In this document: piece after piece, positions 21,057-34,107 of the stretch | Position numbering within the stretch: position 1 is the first letter of the stretch | How the letters are laid out: every line of letters starts with the position of its first letter | Origin: Octopus bimaculoides | Taxonomy: Eukaryota | Length of the DNA stretch: 64,000 nucleotides | NCBI RefSeq assembly: GCF_001194135.2 | Contig: NC_068987.1 | Coordinates: 49,218,428-49,282,427, forward strand | Reading direction: 5' to 3' | Notes under the pieces: model-generated | Databases searched by the model: none | Seen by the model: only the letters and a program-made list of their open reading frames with translations | Told to the model about the DNA's origin: nothing | Position numbers and translations under genes: made by a program

Positions 21057-22304
21057 GATCACAATGGGCTTCTTTCAGATTCCAGTTACAAAATCCACTC
21101 ACAAGGCTTTGGTTGGGCAAGGCTATAGTGGAAGATACTTACTAAAGATGACATGCAGTGGGACTGAACCCAAAACTATGTGTTTGGGAAGTAAACTTCT
21201 GAACCACACATCCACGCCAGTACCTCTCTCTCTCTCCCTCTCTCTCTCCCTCTCTCTCTCCCTCTCTTTCGTATAGACACATATGCACACAAACACACCT
21301 AGGCATCTCTTGTTGGTTCACCACCTAAGTGTAAAACTTTAAAAAACCCAAAACAGGTGACTTTGCCTAAATACACTCCATCAAGACATTCTCAAGTAGT
21401 ATTCTCAGTATCATGACTTGTTCTGTCACTCCTTTTACTAGTCACCTTGATGCTTAATTATACACTATTTAAACTTAGATGAATTCTGAAATAAATTCTA
21501 GAGGATGCAGGTAACTACTCCATTGAGTGTTAACTATCCTACTAAGATTACTGTACACTAAAGACTAGGTATAAAATAGCTCTTTCTGCCAAAGATATTT
21601 ACAAAATATGTCAACAGCTCCATAAAGAAGCGCCAATCATGCAAAATGGATGGAACTTGTGGAAGAGGGCGACCCAAGAATACATGGGACAAAGTACTGA
21701 AGGACAACCTCAGAACACTGAATCTTGTGAAGGAGATGACAAAGGACCACAATATCTAATGCCTTGGTGTACTCAACAACTCAAGAAGACTCGTCCTCCA
21801 CAGCAGAAGTGTTAATGCTCCCCTCCCCCATGAAGAAAATTAGCCTGCAAGAGTCCTGTGTTGATGCTACATAAAAAGTACTTGTGCCAGTACCACTTAA
21901 CAGTGCTTGTGCTGGTACCACGTTAAAAGCACTCAGCACACACTGTAAAGTGGTTGGTGTCAGGAAGGGCATCCAGCTGTAGAAACCAAGCCAAATCAAA
22001 CTGGAATCTGGTGCAGTTCTCTGGCATGCTACCTCTGGTCAAACCGTTCAACACATGTCAGCATGGAAAACAGATGTTAGGGGTTGATGATAATATTCCC
22101 TTAACATTTAGCTAGTTTGCCTTATCAAGCAAGTAGTAAAATAAAGTATTTATTTCACTTATGGCTATAGTTTTAACTTCTGTTATCATTTATGTGTTGA
22201 AATATGCTGCCTATGTTTCAATTAATTTTTGAAATAATGAAGAATTTAGTAAATTCAGCTGGTGTTTTGAACATAAATTTACAGAATTTCATATTGGTGC
22301 TACG

Positions 22305-22512
22305 GAATTTGCAGATATGGAAGAGGTGAAGAAAAAATGACAGAGGCATTAAAAGGCATCACTTTGCAAGAGTTCATGCACTGCTTCAAGCAGTGGAAAA
22401 TGCATCTGGATCAATGCATTGCTTGAAATGAAGGTGATAAAAGTGTAAACATGTAAAGCAAAGTGAATAAAATTATATTGCAAAATTCTGGTTTCTTTTG
22501 GGTACCCCACAT
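22305..22512 (+). mobile_element. Mariner 3' end fragment
   Basis: Across a frameshift reads FADMEEVKKKMTEALKGITLQEFMHCFKQWKMHLDQCIA*...EGD, then TIR-like AAAATTCTGGTTTCTTTTGGGTACCCC. Confidence 0.65.
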
Positions 22513-23478
22513 ATGTTCTTGAGATACTGCAATTATAACTTCAGAAACTTATTGACACCAAGGAAATAAAGATGGCTTAATCGCATCTGGAATGTCATTA
22601 AACAAGGGTCTGCTCATTCATGCCTCAGTTGAAGCTGAATAGTAACAATATCCTGAAGATCAAATAGCTAATTAGTGGCACACTAATTGAAAAAAATAAC
22701 TATTTTTCATTGTAAAGAACCAACAAAAGTTTGAATCAAAATGAACTCAGACTATTGTTTCTAGCGAAAGGACCTCTCTGTCATCCACTCCCACACACTT
22801 AATCCACTTCAGAAACAAAACAACAAACATTATGCTGTTATTTTTAACAAGGTAATATACCTTTGGAGAATTTTCTCCTGTGAGGTATTTCCGAACATAC
22901 AGTGTTACTAGTACTTTTTAGCAAAAAATTCACCTCTTGTTGATTACATTGCTGAATGTCTTTTCTTACAGAAAAAAAGTATGAGTTTGCTTCTAACAGG
23001 AACTTTTTTCATTCAAATTGTATTTTAAACGAAAGATTCATTAAAGTTGGTTTTTGCATATAATATTCCTGTTAGCTTGTATTATAATGGACGTAGGGTT
23101 GATCATGGAATGTTTATAATTTTGATATTTTTAATAATATTTTTCTATCTTAATACAATAAGTATTTTATATACATTCATTTGTTATTTATTGTTGGTTG
23201 ATATATACATTCTTTTATTATTATTATTGTTGTATTTTGACATGAAGATTAGCTATATTTTTGAATAGAATTGATTTTCGATAGTTTTAATTGATTTAAA
23301 TATTCTTTCTATTTGAAAATTGGTTATGAAACACGTGTAGTCTTTTTATTATCATTATCTTATGATATTTACTTTGTATTATATTATACTTATTTATTGT
23401 GCTTTTACTTATTAATTTTTCTATATGTGACAGTGGATTTTCATCGATGAGTTCATGAACCTTGGTTCTTTTCCCTAA

Positions 23479-23531
<53 letters not shown>

Positions 23532-24184
23532 TATATATATACACACACATATATATATATGACGGGCTTCTTTCAGTTTTGTTCTACCAAATCCACTCAC
23601 AAGGCTTTGGTCGACCTAAAGTTATAGTAGAATACACTTTTCCAAGGTACCATGCAGTGGGACTGAACTTGGGACCATGTGGTTAGGAAGCAAGCTTCTT
23701 ACCTCACAGCCATGCTGCATCTATCTGTGTACCTTTTCGTAATTTTTTTTCCAATTTAAAATATTTAATTTCATATAATGAAAACCACAAATCTAGTGAA
23801 TTACAGCTGCCCAGAGTTTCATGGCTGAAACATTAATTCATTTTGCCATTTTTCAAACTGACAATAATGGTCAGTTGATGACATTTGTATAGGGAATGAT
23901 GACGTTTGAACAAGGAATGTTTATAAGGGAGAAAACAGAAAGAAAAACACAAAGGAGATAACCAACATTACAATAAATGTCAAAAAAGAAAATATTAATG
24001 GTTTATGATGTATCCAGTGGGTTATTTTTAAATTCTGCCAAGATGTATTTCTCAAAATGCAGACATAAAGAAGAAAGTCTTGTTTCTGGAACTTACGTAG
24101 TCACTGAAGACTCTCAAGTTCTTTAAGAGTTATAGTTTTTAAGAGAACATATTGAGCATCTCTTTGACCTGTTGATATGTTTGG

Positions 24185-24790
24185 TGAAGGTAGCGAGTTG
24201 GCAGAAACGTTAGCACGCCAGGCGAAAATGCTTAGCAGTATTTCATCTGCTGTTACATTTTGAGTTCAAATTCCGCCGAGGTCAACTTTACCTTTCATCT
24301 TTTCGGGGTCGATAAATTAAGTACCAGTTATGCACTGGAGTCAATGTAATTGATTTAATTCCTTTGTCTGTCCCTTCTATGTTTAGCCCCTTGTGGGCAA
24401 TAAAGAAATAAGAAACATTAGCGCACTGGGTGAAATGCTTAGCAGTATGTCATCTATCTTTACATTCTGAGTTCAATTTCCCCCAAGGTCGACTTCACCT
24501 TTCATCCTTTCAGGGTTGATAAATTAAGTACCAGTTGTGTACTGGGGTTGATCTAATCGACTGGTCCCCCTCCCTGAAAGTTTTGGGCCTTGTGCCTAGA
24601 GTAGAAAAGAATATCAGGTTTGGTGAAGGCAATGAGCTGGCAGAATCGTTAGCACGTTGAGCGAAATGCTTTGCAGCTTTTCTTTTGGGATAAATAAAAT
24701 AAGTACCAGTTGAGTACTGGAGTTGATGTAATCAATTTACCCTCTCTTCCAAATCTGCTGGCCTTGTACCAAATTTTGAAATCAATATAG
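24185..24790 (+). mobile_element. Array of three family-A SINEs
   Basis: Heads at ~24190, ~24410 and ~24625, each followed by ...TTTCATCCTTTC...GATAAATTAAGTACCAGTT. Confidence 0.8.
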
Positions 24791-24954
24791 GGTTTGCTTT
24801 TGGAAAAGATTTTCCATTTGATGATGTGGTTGGACTCTGTATCTTTAAGTTTTCAGGTTAAAGCCAGAAAGGTAGTTGAATGTCATGGTGTGTAAAAGTT
24901 GTAAGATGGCTGTTATATTTGGATTTATATTTTCCTTCCACTGCCAGTTACAGC

Positions 24955-27230
24955 ATAGGTGTTGATGGTCTCCGATCTAGCCATCTCAAAGACTTGCTGT
25001 ATCCCCTTAATGCTAAAACTGGGCACTGCCTGCTGAGCACAGTTACAGCTCTCATTAACAGGTTCATTCACAGTGCCCTGGACCATTTTTCCTGAAGCCT
25101 CTTCAATTCAGCCTGCCCTAATCGATATCAGGAAGAAAGGCGGTGGCATATGCCCTATTGCTGTGGACAATGTCTTCCATAGCCTCATGGTGAAAGTCAT
25201 CTACAGATCTGTCACACCCGAAATAGGCAAGGAACTCAGTCTGGTGCAACTAGGGGGTCAATATGCTCAGCGGGTGTGAAGGAACTGCTCATGTTGCTAG
25301 ACACTTCTTCAATGACTGTCCTGAGCCAACATCAAGTGATTCCAGGCACCTCACTATCAAGCTCGACATATGCCTTTAACTGTCTGTACCGTGACCACTT
25401 GCTCCAGCCATGCCCTATCTGCCTACATGCTATCTTACCTGTTGTGTGGATCTCCAAGCATGCTCCTCACTGCAGATTAGGTCATACTATCTTTGACTGG
25501 CATTCAACAGGGCAATCCATTGGACTCCCTCCACTTTGCTCTTGGGTTGAACAGAATTGCTTGGAGCATCGTGTCAGGTACCTGAACGATGTGATGGTGG
25601 GTAGACTCATAGAGTGTTGGTTAATGTTTCCAATCACTGGTTACTGTTCTGGCGAGGATTGGCCCCGAGATTTTATTTCTTTATTGCCCACAAGGGGGCC
25701 AAACATAGAGGGGACAAGCAAGGACAGACAAAGGGGTTAAGTTGATTACATCGACCCCAGTGCATAACTGGTACTTAATTTATCGACCCTGAAAGGATGA
25801 AAGCAAAGTCGACCTCAGCGGAATTTGAAGTCATAACAGCAGACGAAATACCGCTAAGCATTTTGCCCGGTATGCTAATGATTCTGCTAGCTCAACATGT
25901 ACAAATCAGAGGTCAGGAACATCAACTACAACACAGAGGGATTTGTGGCTTCTGTTTCAGATATGCGATCATTATTTCACCAGGTACAGGTGACCTTGAA
26001 AGAGGATGTCTTTATCCTTTGTTTGCCTGTCCTCCTGCTTCAGGTCCAGGCTTCACCAGCTCGAAACTCTGATGAGCAGACTTAATGGGATCAACAACCA
26101 TCCAGCATTCTTCCCATTAAGGAACTGCTTCATGATGTTGAAGTTTCTGTATACCCTCCACTGTGCCCCTTGCTACAACTACACATCTCTCCTCACAGAT
26201 CTCAATGCCTGTATTCAACAGGCCACTGAAGAGATATGCAATGTCCAGTTCAACAACACTGGATGGCAACAGGCCACTTTACCTGTCAGATATGGCAGCC
26301 TTCAGTCTCTGGTCACACTGGTCCTGCTGGCATTTCTTTCATCAGTGACCTCTTGCTGTGTCCTCATCAACAGGGTTGAGATGACATGGAGTCATCTTGC
26401 CCACCACCTTGTGGACATCCATCCCCCTCTCCTTTTTGTGGATGCCTGGACACCTTCCAAACAAAAGGGATACTATCCAGAGCAGCTTGATCTCAGATGG
26501 GCTGGTGTGCCAACTTGACCAGTACCATGTAGCTTGTTTCTGCTTGGCCTCCCAGTTCCATAGCAGTACCTGGCTCAACACAGTGCCATTCACTCTTAAC
26601 TAGCACTCAGCTTGATAACAATTGTCTGTATATTGGTGTTTTCCATAAGGCTTGACCTCAAAATCTGTGAGCTGCACAAATACTGCTGTGGATTTTTTCA
26701 ACCTCCAACTATTGTCATGCCAATATGGTGCTGACATTATGAGATCATAAGGCATGTCCTAAATGTTGCAGGCTTCATTCTTAGCTCATGCTAGCAAGGC
26801 TAGACCGAGGGGACAATGAAAGGCCAGATAGCATGATAGTTTTCCTGTTCTGCAGTGATAGGCCCCTCATCTGGGATGCCAAATGCAGTGACCCCTTCTC
26901 CAGTGGCAGCTTGGTGTGTTCAGCTGCTACCTCGTGTTTCATCAGGTTAAGAAGGGCAAACTCTCAAAGTATCGGTCAATCACACACAGATTTGTTGTCA
27001 AGCCTGTGACAGTGGAGACTTCCAATATTCTTACCACATTCCTGCTCACCACTATTACAGCAGAGATAGCTATCCACAAGTATGAGTCCCATAAGTCAGA
27101 GTGGCTGTTCCGGCACATCTTCTTTTACCATTCTCTGGGGCAACACCTTTACCATTTTGCATGCTGCTTCCATGGAGGCAGACAGACAAGCCTTTTTAGG
27201 TGTTACTTATTATTTATTGTTTTATTTAAC
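24955..27230 (+). mobile_element. Decayed CRE-clade-like non-LTR retrotransposon (RT plus restriction-like endonuclease)
   Basis: Fragments GVDGLRSSHLKDL, KKGGGICPIAV, YLND (YLDD motif), LRNCFMMLKFLYTL...WQQATLPVRYG and RGDNERPDSM...LIWDAKCSDPF; many frameshifts. Confidence 0.8.
25671..25892 (-). mobile_element. Family-A SINE nested in the CRE-like element
   Basis: Reverse complement of the consensus seen at 24190-24410; it interrupts the RT region. Confidence 0.85.
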
Positions 27231-28393
27231 CAACCATAATTTAATAAAATAGCTACAATAAAAAAAAGATTCTAAAAACATAGTTTCACATAGACAGGAA
27301 TAATTATTTTGATGTTCCTGGAGTAATTTTTTTTCATTTCAGATTAATCATAAGTGAAACTAAAACAATAAATAAACAAAGAAGCAAAAATAAGAGAACA
27401 AGTAATGTAATACAGAGACATTCCTTGGTAAATGGTCTTGGTGTTTTTCAAGTCTGGAGTCATTACATCAAAACAAACTCATTAACAAATTGTGAAGTGT
27501 CTGGCACAAATTCCTTAAATTTCTTAGGTCATACTGATTTTACTTGCAGTTGACCTATATTAGTTGAACATGTCATTTTAGGAGACTGCATCACACTGGC
27601 AAAAACTTTAAAGCATCAGCAATAATGTGCACTGACTGGTCAAGGAGTGTAAAACAATAGCAGTAATTTCATTTCAAAGTTTCAGCTCAGAGCTGCGGCC
27701 ATGCTGATGCACCACAACTAGTCAAAAATTATAAACCGATAACAGTTATGGTCACTGATTAGTCAAGAGCTGTAAAACAACAGCAGTATTGTTAAAAAAC
27801 TTGAATTCTGCATTTTTTTTTATTGAATATTACCAAAAATGCTATAAAGAAAGAGCTGCCAGTACCAGCTATTCTTTAATGGTTAAAAGTGGTAGAGGTC
27901 ATTTTTGTTGTTGTTGCTGTTGTTGTGGTTGTTGTTTAGTCCCTGGTCAGCTCTGATCAAGCAAATGTATTATGAAATATTCCAGTTGAGGTTATTCTAT
28001 ATTATTTATTTTGGATTATCTTATTTAATGTGTCCTTCTATTTTTAAGATGGTAGGGTTTGATTCAAGAGAATTTGGCTGCTATTACTAACATATAGAAG
28101 TTCCTCTGTTGATTCAGTCAAAGATAGCTGACTGCTATCAATGCCAAGAGTGACACTATAAATGCTGAGAGTTGGTGTACAGTGCTGATCCCAAAGTAAA
28201 CCTACAGACAAAATAGTAAACAAGAAAGTGGAGGAGGAAGAGCTCAAAGTTTTCAATAATCTCAACCTGTGTGAGAAAGAACAATAATAACTATGACAGC
28301 GACAGTGACAGTCTGGCATGGATCCCATCTTTATGTGGTACCAGGCAGAGAGCAGATAGAAACAGTAAAAAAAAAATATTGGTCAATATCAAT

Positions 28394-28629
28394 TTAATTC
28401 CCTTTTGTTACCATATTTCTGTTAAAATATACTGCTTTTGCTTCAATTAATTTTGAAAATAATGAAGAATTTAATAAAATGACTTTGCACTTATCGAGTC
28501 AGTGTTTGAAACATAAATTAACATGGAATTTTGATGGAAAGTTTTTAATTTAGATTACTTTATAACAGGAAGTCTGTATTGTTACAGAGGCAGGAGAAGT
28601 CTCCGGTGGGTTGGTATCAAAAAGATTAA
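28394..28629 (-). mobile_element. TTAA-bounded MITE (TTAACCCTTT...AAAGGGTTAA type)
   Basis: TTAATTCCCTTTTGTTACCATATTTCTGTT...GGTTGGTATCAAAAAGATTAA. Related copies at ~7960-8215, 8760-8910, 22150-22290, 50110-50356 and 51350-51550. Confidence 0.7.
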
Positions 28630-29383
28630 TTCCTATATACTATATAATTCTTATATACTTCCTATATACTCTATGTCCAAATTGATAGGGTGGCTGGGGA
28701 AATAGTTGAGAAGAGGTTATTTTATATTTTCATTTTACTTCCTGTATTTTGTAAACTCTAGTGTTATTGGTTCACCATATTTGTAAGATCAGAAGTGACT
28801 AGGGAGTCCATGAAATCCAGATAGAATAAGCACCACAAGTTATTTTTGTTCAAATACATCAGATTTAATTATGTACCTTTATAAATTGGTGAAAGGTATA
28901 GAACTTTTTGTTAATGCAGACCATCATTGGTTTCCTTGGACCCAGGATTATTGACAATGCTTTTCTTAGATGAAACATGTCACATTTAGAATTGTTGATG
29001 CATGAAAGAGATTACCGACACCAGTTGCTAGCTGTCAGGACATATTGCATCCTACAAGATTTCCATTCTTCCTGAAATTCACCAATGCTAAGTTATATGC
29101 TTATGTACCATTCCTCTTTAGTCTTTTATTCTTTTAGCTGTTTCAGTCATTTTACTGTGGCCATGCTTATTTTTTAAGCCCAGCACTTATTCTCTTGGTT
29201 TCTTTTGCCAAACTGCTAAGTTACCAGGATGTATACACACCAAACCCAGTTGTTGAGTGGCAGTGGGATACAAACACAGACACAAAGACACACATACACA
29301 CAAATATATACATACATATGTACATACATGTGTGTGTGTGTAGAATGTTGAAAAGTGACACATGAGTTGATACATATAAAGAC

Positions 29384-29961
29384 AATAAGACAAGGTAGAA
29401 ATGCTAAAATAATTTCATTATTAATACATTTGTAACAGTTATTACTGGTTTCTGTCTTTTCAACTTTTTCACCTAAGAGTAAGACAAAGGTGGATATTAA
29501 TTAAGAAGAAAACAAATTGAAAATAAAATGTTTTATAAATATTTCCGTAGTCTTCAAATAGGTAGGACATTTTCGTTTTTTGTCTCTCTCTCTTTTCCTT
29601 TGTGAAGGCTCGTAAGGTATCAAGTAGCAGTATTATGAAATACATTTTTGTAAAGTTTAGTACCAGTTTCTGTCTTTTCAATTTTTTCAACTAAAAGTAA
29701 GACAAAGGTGGATATTAATTAAGAAGAAAAGAAAGAGAGAGACAGAAAAAAGGAAAATGTCCTACTTATTTGAAGACTATGGAAATATTTACAAAACATT
29801 TTGTTTAATTTTTTCTTCAATTTAATTGTTTTTCTTCTTAATTAACATCCACTTTTGTCTTGCTCTTAGTTGAAAAAGTCCAAAAGTCAGAAACCGGTAC
29901 TAACCGTTACAAAATGTGTTTCATGATAAAATTATTTTAGCATTTTCTACCTTGTCTTATT
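29384..29961. mobile_element. Fold-back element with ~220-bp arms and a partial third arm in the spacer
   Basis: AATAAGACAAGGTAGAAAATGCTAAAATAATTT... is the reverse complement of ...AAATTATTTTAGCATTTTCTACCTTGTCTTATT; ~29640-29725 repeats part of the left arm. Confidence 0.85.
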
Positions 29962-30559
29962 TTTCTTATATATAGTTCAGTTTCTTTCTACCAAATCCAC
30001 TCACAAGGCTTTGGTCAACCCAAGGCTATAGCCCAAGGTGCTATGCAGTAGGAACCATGTGGTTGGGAAGCAAGCTTCTTACTACACAGCCACGCCTGCC
30101 TTTCATGACTCTTTTAATGTTGACTCTTCTTATTTTCTTGTTTTACCCTGTGTGCCATGCAAACAGTTTTAGTTTTCTTTGCTGTCTTTCTATCTTGATT
30201 TGTGGCTACATTCTTTCCTCTCTTTTACTATTTTACAATGAGTTGCAAGTGCACCTGAGCACTGTATTCAATAAAATTATTATTATCATTATTATTATTA
30301 TTATTATCTGCTTAACTCAGACTTAATTTTTATTCCTGGTAGAATTTATGAAGATAGCAAAGTTACTACCAGTAACCTCAAATAACCACATGGTTTCAAT
30401 AAACCATCAAGTGTTCAAAACCCTTCAGGGGATCTTCCCTGTTTATAAGGGGTAAACTTTCTGTAGAAACTCTACAGGTTACTCCTTTCTAATCTCATTT
30501 ATTTGTTTGTCTATTTCATCACTCACAGCCTCTAACGCACTAATCATCACAGGTACATT

Positions 30560-30895
30560 CTTTACATATTTCACATTCCAAATCCTTGCAATCACAAATT
30601 TTGAGATGTTATATTTCTTTCAACTTTTCATCTGCTTTCTTCTCAATCCAACATAGTATCAAATGGTCAAGATGGATTAATCAATATGCAAATTCGATTT
30701 TCTGTGTCTAATACTGTAATTTCTGGCTTGTTACATTCCATCTTCTTATGCATTTGAATGAAGAAATCCCACAAAACCTTGAATGTTTCTGACTCAAATA
30801 CTCTTTCTATTGATGAATGTACCCTGTACTTCCAACTTCAACCCCACATTTTTGGTAAAGCTTCAAATGTGAAATGTTTCATCCCAAATTGCATA
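30560..30895 (-). mobile_element. R4/Dong-like (RLE) LINE C-terminal remnant
   Basis: Minus translation ERVFESETFKVLWDFFIQMHKKMECNKPEITVLDTENRICILI, resembling the KILWDF...RPDIV..DK motif. Confidence 0.7.
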
Positions 30896-30909
30896 ATTAT
30901 TAATATTAT

Positions 30910-31445
30910 TTCATTCATCTTTATGTTCTGAGTTCAAATTCTGCCAATGTTAACTTTGCCTTTCATCCTTTCAAGGTTGATAAAATAAGTACCAGTTGAA
31001 TACTGGGGTTGATGTAATTGACTTAGTCCTTCTCCCCAAATTGCTGACCTTGTGCTAAAATTTGAAACCAATAATATTAGTTTGTCTCTCTTTATGTTCT
31101 GAGTTCAAATTCTGCCTTTCAGGGTCAATAAAATAAGTACCAGTCAAAAACTGGGGCTTATGTAATCAACTAATCCCCTCTCCACAAAAATTTCAGGCCT
31201 TGTGTCTATAGTAGAAAGGACGGCAAGCTGGCAGAATTATTAGCATGCCAGGCAAAATGCTTAGTGGCATTTTGTCCATCTTTACGTTCTGATTTCAAAT
31301 TCCACCAGGGTCAACTTTACCTTTTATCCTTTCAGGGTCAATAAATTAAGTACCTGTTTTGCACTGGGGTCAATGTAATCAACTAGTCTCCTCCCCACAA
31401 AAATTTCAGGTCTTGTGCCCTTAGTAGAAAGGATTATTATTATTA
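30910..31445 (+). mobile_element. Array of three family-A SINEs
   Basis: Three consecutive TTCTGAGTTCAAATT...AAATAAGTACCAGT units ending GTAGAAAGGATTATT. Confidence 0.8.
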
Positions 31446-31887
31446 TCATCATCATCATCATCATCATCATTATTATTATTATTACCATCATCATCGCCAT
31501 CACAGTTCTGTCACTGCTTACAATTAGAAGGTTGTTTCTAATCACTGATATCTACTTATATGATATTTAAAAGTTATATATTTCAACACAGTACTGAAGC
31601 TAAGGTATGAACTGTTGACCTCTCAGACAATCAGTTGCTTATCCAGTTTGCTATTTATTCATCCATTTTTCTCTCACCTTCTACTTCTACTTATGTATTC
31701 AATGACACTTGCAAACTTGTATGTCAGCTAAACAAGTTTTATCAAATTTTTTTTCACTGAATCAATATTTGTCTCAAATACCAATTAATTGCTGTTAAGC
31801 AGGTTTTTCGACTCATAAAACTTTCTACTGTTACATACTGTTGTTACTTTGAAAAGAAGTAGTAATAGTTATATGTAGCCTCATAAA

Positions 31888-32020
31888 TCATGAACGTTTA
31901 TCTATATGCATGCACATATATTCATGTATGTATGTATGTATGTATGTATGTATGTGTGAGTGTGTTTGTGCATGTGCATATATGCACAGATACATACTTG
32001 TACACACACATGTATGTGTA

Positions 32021-32059
<39 letters not shown>

Positions 32060-32125
32060 AAGCATATGCAAATGCATGTGTGTTTGTGTATGTATGCACA
32101 CACACACACACACACACACACATTT
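31888..32125. repeat. Compound microsatellite (TATG)n/(TG)n/(CA)n, representative of dozens in the window
   Basis: Read directly. Similar (AT)n, (CA)n, (CAT)n, (AAT)n, (AG)n and (ATCT)n tracts occur throughout, and most N gaps are flanked by them. Confidence 0.95.
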
Positions 32126-33074
32126 TTGTTGCAGTAGACTGACAGACAAACTTATATGACCTTAGACAGTACAATTTTAGTACTTTTAAGAAAGATTTTT
32201 AGTCATTGATATAGTACTCAACAACACAAGTACCAGATGCTATGCCTATATATAATTGAAGATTCCATAATCACTATGATATTATGGTATTATAAAGCCC
32301 ACCTCTCTTAATGGAATCATAAGGCACAGAGATGATAATATAGTGTATCTTGGGCATTTTAAAGCCAAGTGGAGCCCAACCCTGTCCAAGTTTAAATGCT
32401 ACCAGTTCCTTCCAAGGAGAAACTGAGAGAGAACGAGAAATGGAGGAGGGGGTGGTGGTTTCGTCATATTCAAATATATTTAAGCTCTTTTGTTTAACAA
32501 CATGCTGTGCTTATATCGATTAATTTATGATAAGTTGTAAAATTCACGTTTATGCAAATTAGGTTATCCACCATGGTGCTGTCCTCATTCATGACTGCTT
32601 TATAAGTAGCTGATCTATTGATTGAAGCTAACTATGTGTTTCTCTGAGTAGTGGCTAACAACCATGATATAGTGTGTTACAAGATGCTCTCCAGCTTTAA
32701 TCTCCACATCAGTAGAATAGAAAGGATGTAATTGCATTCTTATTTAACTCACAGTGAGGTTTATGATATATATATATATATATAAACATATATACATACA
32801 TGTATATGGATGTGTGTATATATAAATGCTTATATATGCATAAATGTGTACACCCTAACTTTTCATCATCTGACACAAGATCATCTCCTGCAATGCCCCC
32901 TCCCCTTCCCAAATATTCCTTGTCTTGTGAGTTACTTGGTGACCCTGCTAGTCTACAAATGGATTGTGGATAATTAATGACTTGTTTGAGTGTGTGTGTG
33001 GGGGGGGTATGTGTGTGTGTGTGTGTGCACATACATACATATCATCTTCATGTGTGTGTATAAATACACACACA

Positions 33075-33115
<41 letters not shown>

Positions 33116-34044
33116 TATATGCACATATGCATGCATGTATGTGTGCGTGTGTGTGTATGCGTATGTATACATAAACAAACATGCACATGTAAATCTGGTA
33201 GTTTATATAAACCTGTCTGTTTGCTCTATTATCAAGTGTCATTCACCTAGTTTATGATTTCAAACATAATACTTGCCTAACTCACTAGCTCTAGAAAGTT
33301 ATTTCATACTTTGTCCTTTGTCTTCTTTTGTGTACAACTCTCTCTATGTCCCACCCCACCTCTCTCTCTCTCTCTCTCTCTGTATGAGTATGTAGAATAT
33401 GTGGAAGAGAGGAATGGGTTTGCACTTTTGGTTTTTTTTTTTAGTCTTCTCCAACAATAGGGTTGTTCTGATGGCAAGAACAACAACATGAGTATTTGTG
33501 CAACACAGAGTAAATAACCAAATAACACAAGGTATATTTTATTCAATGCAATCCTTTGTCATCAATTTTCTAGTTCACACATATATTTTTCATTGATATA
33601 CACACACATACACACATATATAGAGATATATGAATATACATATATATTTGCAAGATGGTGGTTTCAATTCCAAGACTTCCAAAGAATTGTGTTCTTGAAC
33701 AAAACATTTCGTTTCACATTGCTTCAGTTCACTCAGCTGTAAATAGGTTACCCTGCCATAGACTGGCACTCCTTTCAGGAGGAATGCTGGCTGGCCTGCT
33801 AGCCAGCTGGATGGCATCCTTCAAAAGCTACAAGGCAAGAAAGTGCACTGTGACTGGTGATGCATAACAACATCTGATTCTGGTTGATCTGAACTTTTTG
33901 ATGAAAGCTACCAGACCAGAATTTACTGTCACCTGTCGTCTTGTAAAAGTGTAATAAATATGTACTCTACAAAATGAATTGTGCTTCAGCATGACTGCAG
34001 CCGCATGGCTAAAATGAATAAAAGAATGTATGTGTGTGTGTGCA

Positions 34045-34095
<51 letters not shown>

Positions 34096-34107
34096 TATGA
34101 TTGACCG

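Noticed and set aside
22860-23480. AT-rich ORFs with faint resemblance to a Penelope RT N-terminus or an exon
   Set aside because: No diagnostic RT motif and weak splice sites; low complexity explains the open frames.
25276-26518. 154-aa and 170-aa ORFs as host genes
   Set aside because: Frameshifted pieces of the CRE-like retroelement; one runs into a SINE.
31888-33257. Many overlapping ORFs rich in CV/HT/YI dipeptides (also near 5650, 23296, 46027, 54695)
   Set aside because: Translations of (TG)n, (CA)n and (TA)n microsatellites, which lack stops in several frames.
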